Of a stretch of 64,000 nucleotides of DNA, positions 55,577 through 64,000 are shown piece by piece. The notes under the pieces were generated by a model that ran no database searches, was not told the origin of the DNA, and was given only the letters and a program-made list of their open reading frames with translations. Position numbers and translations under genes: made by a program. Origin of the DNA: an uncultured Chloroflexia bacterium. Its GTDB lineage: Bacteria > Chloroflexota > Limnocylindria > Limnocylindrales > CSP1-4. Every line of letters starts with the position of its first letter. Within the stretch, counting starts at the first letter, position 1. The stretch spans positions 352,001 through 416,000 of the forward strand of contig CAVYIM010000004.1 of the NCBI GenBank assembly GCA_963768655.1, written 5' to 3'.

Positions 55577-56571
55577 TGGGAGCCGGACTCTTCGAGCTGC
55601 GCCGGGACGCGATTACCGGCTGGTGGGTCGCGACGGTCGTTGACCGCCAGTTCAACCGGGGCCGCTTCTCCCTGCGCGCCGAACCCGTGGACGACGGCGG
55701 CACGTGCCAGAACTGCACTCAGCCGTCCGGGGACGGCGTTCGCGTCAGGATCCTCAAGGACTACGCTTTCAACGTCGTCGGCACCAACGAGGAAGCGCGG
55801 GAGATGGAGCGCAGCCTGGCCCAGGTGGCGCTGTCGCAGGCGAGGGCTTCGGGCAGCTGGCGGACGATCGTCGCGCCTCCGGGGGAGCATCGACCGCTGC
55901 AGCTCATCGGCAGCGGCCTGCTGTGCGAGCTGCTGTCGGTCGCGCGGGGGGCGATCGCCGGCGCCACCGCACTGGGCCAGACCGAGTACGTGCAGGTCGT
56001 CCAGAACTGGGGCGCCCAGGCCGGCGCGCGTACCAACCACCTCTGCCTGGATCTGTACGATCTGCCGCAAATTCCTCATCGCGTCTCGGAGGAGATCGGC
56101 GGCGCGGCAAGGTACCTGATACGCGAGGGCGAGTGTCCGTATTGCCGGATCGCGCGCGAGGAGTCGAAGGCCGGCACGCGCTTGATCTGGCAGGACGAGG
56201 CGAGCGTGGCCTACGCTCCATTCGCGTCGCGCTCGCCGTTCGAGGTATGGATCGTGCCACGCCGCCACGCCGCGGACTTCGGCCGCGCGGAGGACGCGGA
56301 TATCGCTTCCACGGCGGAGGCTCTGCGACAGGTCCTGGGGCGCCTGACCCGCCTCGACGGCCCGCCGCACAATCTCGTCCTTCACACGGCACCCCTCCGC
56401 GAAAGGGTCGACGCGACGTACCATTGGCACTGGGAGATTCACCCGCGACTGCGGGAGATCGCCGGCCTCGAGTTGGGCACGGGTCTGCCAGTGAACCCGG
56501 TGTCTCCGGAAGAGGCCGTCGAACAGTTGCTAGGCCATCGATCCGAAGGGGAATCCGCAGGACTGCCATGA
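55576..56571 (+). CDS. GalT-like HIT-superfamily nucleotidyltransferase with atypical active site
   Basis: ELRRD.ITG.WV, NWG.QAGA..NHLCLD, CPYC, APFASRSPFEVWIVP.RH, YHWHWEI.PRL...AGLELGTG..VNPV.PE. Confidence 0.85.
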   Translation: MGAGLFELRRDAITGWWVATVVDRQFNRGRFSLRAEPVDDGGTCQNCTQPSGDGVRVRILKDYAFNVVGTNEEAREMERSLAQVALSQARASGSWRTIVAPPGEHRPLQLIGSGLLCELLSVARGAIAGATALGQTEYVQVVQNWGAQAGARTNHLCLDLYDLPQIPHRVSEEIGGAARYLIREGECPYCRIAREESKAGTRLIWQDEASVAYAPFASRSPFEVWIVPRRHAADFGRAEDADIASTAEALRQVLGRLTRLDGPPHNLVLHTAPLRERVDATYHWHWEIHPRLREIAGLELGTGLPVNPVSPEEAVEQLLGHRSEGESAGLP

Positions 56572-56683
56572 GATTCGGGGGATCGTCACGGCGTCACAGC
56601 AGCGGAGGCGCCGCCGTCACAGCAACCAGGCGCGCCAGGGCGCGCCTCCCAGTGACGGCATCCCGGATAGCGGCGGCATCGAC

Positions 56684-57342
56684 TTGGCGCTCCAAACCAC
56701 AGCCTGGCGATTGGGGGTCGGCGTGACGGCCACGGCCGAACGGTCGGCCGACCGCGCCTTCATCGAGGAGCTTTTTGCCCGCCACCACTCCGAGATCTAC
56801 GCTTACTTGATCCGCATGATGCGCGACGCCGACCTGGCGGCCGATCTGGCCCAGGACACCTTCATCCGCGCCTACCGCGCTATCGAGAGCCTGGAGGACC
56901 GGGCCAAGGCCCGGGCGTGGCTGTACCAGATCGCCCATCGCATCGCTCTCGACGAGATCCGCCACCGCCGCATCGTGCGCTTCCTGCCGCTGACCACCGA
57001 ATCCCACGGCGCCGCTCCATCCGCCGAGCATCTGGCGATGGAGATGAGACTATCCGGCCCTCTGGCGCGCGCTCTCGCTCGAATCCCAGAACGACAGCGA
57101 AACGCTCTCCTGATGGCCGAAGTCGGAGATCTCACCGGCCTGGAACTGGCGGAGGCGCTGGGCGTCAGCCACGTCGCAGCGCGTGCCCTCCTCACCCGTG
57201 CGCGCGAGAGCCTGCGCCAGACCCTCGCCGAGGAGAGGCGCCTGGAGAAGGAGCGCGAAGACGCTCTCGACGCCGCATTCGCCGAGAAGGCGCGCGCCGC
57301 TGACCCCCGCCGCCACGCCGACGACTCGAAGGGTGCCGACAG

Positions 57343-57346
<4 letters not shown>
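56684..57346 (+). CDS. ECF RNA polymerase sigma factor
   Basis: ADLAQDTFIRAY, AWLYQIA, region 4 IPERQRNALLM...ELAEALGVS...LTRARESLR. The start may be GTG 56723. Confidence 0.92.
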
Positions 57347-61425
<4,079 letters not shown>

Positions 61426-61429
<4 letters not shown>

Positions 61430-62910
61430 CCCCGCCGTCGAAGACGACCGCCAGCGCGACCGAGCTCGGCCCGGGGGTCGGCGACGTAGTGGAGCGGTTC
61501 GAGCTCGAGAAGGCCTGGCTGGTCGACCCTGTCTCCGGGCGCGAAGGCCCGGGCGAAATCGTCGTCATCGACGGCGTCCTCGAGTCGGTCGTCTGGCTCG
61601 AAGGCGAAGAGTCCGGCGGCGTCACCGACAAGGGCGTCGTCGTCGCGCCAGGCTTCTTCGACCTGCACGCTCACTTCCGCGAGCCGGGTTTCGAAGACGC
61701 GGAGACCGTAGCCACGGGCACCACCGCGGCAGCTCACGGGGGCTACACCACGGTCGCGCTGATGCCGAACACCTCGCCCGCCCTCGACGAGCCCGGTGTG
61801 CTGGAGCGTGTCAGAGCGGCAGCTCGGGCGGGCGGATCGCCTGTCGAGGTCCTGGCGTTCGGTGCCGTCTCCGCCGGCCGGGCAGGGGAGCAGCTCTCCG
61901 CGATGGGAGAGCTGGCCGACGCCGGCGTCATCGGCTATTCGGACGACGGTGCGCCGGTTCGAACGGCCAAGCTCCTTCGGAGCGCCCTGCTCTACGCCGG
62001 AATGCTCGGCCTGGCGGTCGTCGATCACGCCGAGGACTCCGAACTGACCGGCGGTGCCGAGGCGAACGAAGGCTACGTCGCCTCGATCATGGGGCTGGCG
62101 GGCTGGCCGGCCGCGGCCGAGGTGAACGCCGTCGCTCGCGACCTCGCCGTCCTCGAGGACGCGCTAGCGGATGAGCCCCGCGCCCGGCTCCACCTGACGC
62201 ATCTCTCGACCGCCGCCTCGCTCGATCTGGTCCGTCGCGCGAAAGCCGCCGGGCTGCCGGTGACCTGCGACGTGACGCCTCACCACCTGGCCTTCGCCGA
62301 TGAGTGGATCGCCGGGGCGCGGCGCTGGTCGTGGGAAGCGCTCGGTCCCGACGGCTCGTCCCGCGACCCGTGGGCGGACGGGGCCCTCACCGCGCCGCCG
62401 TACGACACATCGTTGCGGGTCAACCCGCCACTCAGAACCCCGGCCGAAGCCGCCGCCTGCCTGGCCGCGCTGCTGGACGGAACGGCCTCGGCGGTCGTGA
62501 CCGACCACGCCCCGCACACGGTCGTCGACAAGGAAGTGGAGTTCGGCGGCGCGTCCAACGGCATCAGCGGCATCGAGACGGCGTTGGGTGTGCTGCTCGC
62601 GCTCGTCGACGCCGGCAGACTGCCGCTTGCCCGCGCCATCGCCGCGTTGACGACGGGGCCGGCCTCGATCGTTGCCCGCTGGCCGGCGCTGGCCGCGACC
62701 GCCGCCGCCCGCAAGAGAGGGCTGACCGAGGGCGCCCCCGCGGATCTGGTCGTCTTCGACCGCGCCGATCTGTGGACCGTGACCGAGGCGTCGCTGCGCT
62801 CGAAGGGCAAGAACTCGCCGCTGATCGGCCGCGCGCTGTCCGGTCGGGTGCTGCTCACGATCGCCGGCGGCCGGCTCGGCTACGAGGACCCCGGGGCCGG
62901 CGACGAGTGA
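61426..62910 (+). CDS. pyrC: Dihydroorotase (type I)
   Basis: DLHAHFREPG, MPNT, DHAED, HLTHLST, DVTPHH, VNPPLR, TDHAPH, SKGKNSP; ATGA overlap with pyrB. Confidence 0.95.
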
Positions 62911-63072
62911 ACGACGGATGGGCGGGATCCGGGCCCGAGCGAGACTCGCCGGCGGCGGTGTCGGCGGTACCCTCACTCGTGCGAGAATAGGAGTCCGCGC
63001 TTCCGCGAGCCACGTCGATCCCAATAACCCAGGTTGCGGTCAGCGCCCCGAAGTGAGGAGAACGCGGAACCC

Positions 63073-63399
63073 GTGCCAGTGCTTGCGACCTTCTTCTCAG
63101 TCCGCAGAGGACGCGACCCCTTCTTCAAGTTCTTCATGAAGACGCTGCTGCCTCGCCAGATGAAGCAGTACGAGGAGAAGTTCGGGATCAAGTTCATGGG
63201 CTGGTACAACGTCGCCCATGGCTGGGATTTCGACAACGTGATCCTGCTGGACCTGCCCGACTACGCCACTCTGGACAAGCTCGAGGCCGACGAGGCGACC
63301 CGCGCCCTGGGCCACCGCGCCGGAGAGTGGATGTTCGAGCGGCACCATTCGATGTTCCTCCGGGAGCGCATCGGCCCGGACCTCGAGTTCAAGGGATAG
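63073..63399 (+). CDS. Small conserved protein, possibly a dimeric alpha+beta barrel
   Basis: GAGGAG upstream; GIKFMGWYNVAHGWDFDNVILLDLPDY; strong coding bias. Confidence 0.6.
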   Translation: MPVLATFFSVRRGRDPFFKFFMKTLLPRQMKQYEEKFGIKFMGWYNVAHGWDFDNVILLDLPDYATLDKLEADEATRALGHRAGEWMFERHHSMFLRERIGPDLEFKG

Positions 63400-63412
63400 G
63401 GAGACGACCGCG

Positions 63413-64000
63413 ATGGATACGAGCCGAAACGACCTGCTCGGCGAACTCGCTGCGGACGCCGCTCTGGAGCGAACCGACTTCCTGGCATCGGCGTCGGCGC
63501 AGCTGGGCCGCTTCCTCGACGGCAACGAGGCGCGCATCCGCGAGCTCGGCGGCGTCGTCCTGATCGACGACGACGTCGACTATCTCGCCATCGACGAGGA
63601 CATGACCTTCCGCAGCCGGAACCGCTACCAGGACGAGGCCACGGGCAAGTGGGTCACCGACACGGAGGTCATCGAATTCGGCCGCGGAGCTCGTCGAGCT
63701 GTACAACCTCGCCGACGTCTTCGCCGCCTTCGCCGAGGCCACCAAGCTCGAGGCCGGCCTGGGACCCGAGCCCACCGCCGCCGGCGATCTGCTGCGCGCT
63801 GCGGACATCGCCCCGGAGGATACGGTCCCGCTCGGAGCCGAGAACCCATACGCCGCCGCAGCCGACGATTGGGCCGCCGGCCACGACTACGAAGAAGCGC
63901 CCGAGACGGAGGAAGAAGCGGCCGAGCGCCTGTACGACCTGGCTCTGGCCTTCCAGGAGCGCAGCCAGCAGACCGAGGCCCATCTCCTGGAGCAGTTCGA
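63413..64000 (+). CDS. Acidic hypothetical protein, runs off the window end; apparent +1 frameshift at about 63677
   Basis: MDTSRNDLLGELA...WVTDTEVIE, then a natural-looking continuation SAAELVELYNLADVFAAF... only in frame +1. Confidence 0.65.
   Translation, partial: MDTSRNDLLGELAADAALERTDFLASASAQLGRFLDGNEARIRELGGVVLIDDDVDYLAIDEDMTFRSRNRYQDEATGKWVTDTEVIEFGRGARRAVQPRRRLRRLRRGHQARGRPGTRAHRRRRSAARCGHRPGGYGPARSREPIRRRSRRLGRRPRLRRSARDGGRSGRAPVRPGSGLPGAQPADRGPSPGAVR

Overview
GC-rich bacterial chromosomal window. The gene style suggests a monoderm host such as Chloroflexota (Limnocylindria-like) or Actinomycetota; this is inference and no marker gene is present. Four blocks are visible. (1) 1-6.9 kb: a partial beta-propeller lipoprotein, an orphan SUKH-3 immunity gene, two membrane proteins and a large MalT/STAND-BTAD regulator. 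(2) 7.1-26.3 kb: a complete Streptomyces-type contractile injection system (CIS) with sheath, two tubes, chaperone pair, tape-measure-position protein, LysM initiator, VgrG, PAAR, gp25, two baseplate genes, a CisA-like membrane protein, cap, AAA+ ATPase, a DUF4157 cargo with an unusual repeat tail, LuxR and Ig-domain membrane proteins. It has no fibre, lysis, capsid or T6SS membrane-complex genes. (3) 26.4-52.4 kb: a cell-surface/glycan block with an arylsulfotransferase, two GH5, a GT-C, three large secreted lectin-like proteins sharing one C-terminal module (896-bp near-identical duplication), and a VPEAP-CTERM protein plus exosortase-EpsI plus processive GT2. (4) 52.5-64 kb: TetR, peptidase S51, lipB, a GalT-like protein, an ECF sigma/anti-sigma pair, and pyrR-pyrB-pyrC with a PyrR-binding leader. 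Best leads: a probable lambda G/GT-type -1 frameshift in the CIS chaperone genes, the repeat-tailed DUF4157 cargo, a shared palindromic operator at both CIS divergent promoters, and a dedicated exosortase system coupled to a polysaccharide synthase. Two apparent single-base frameshifts (~39140 and ~63677) may be assembly errors. All family assignments come from motif recognition, not database searches.
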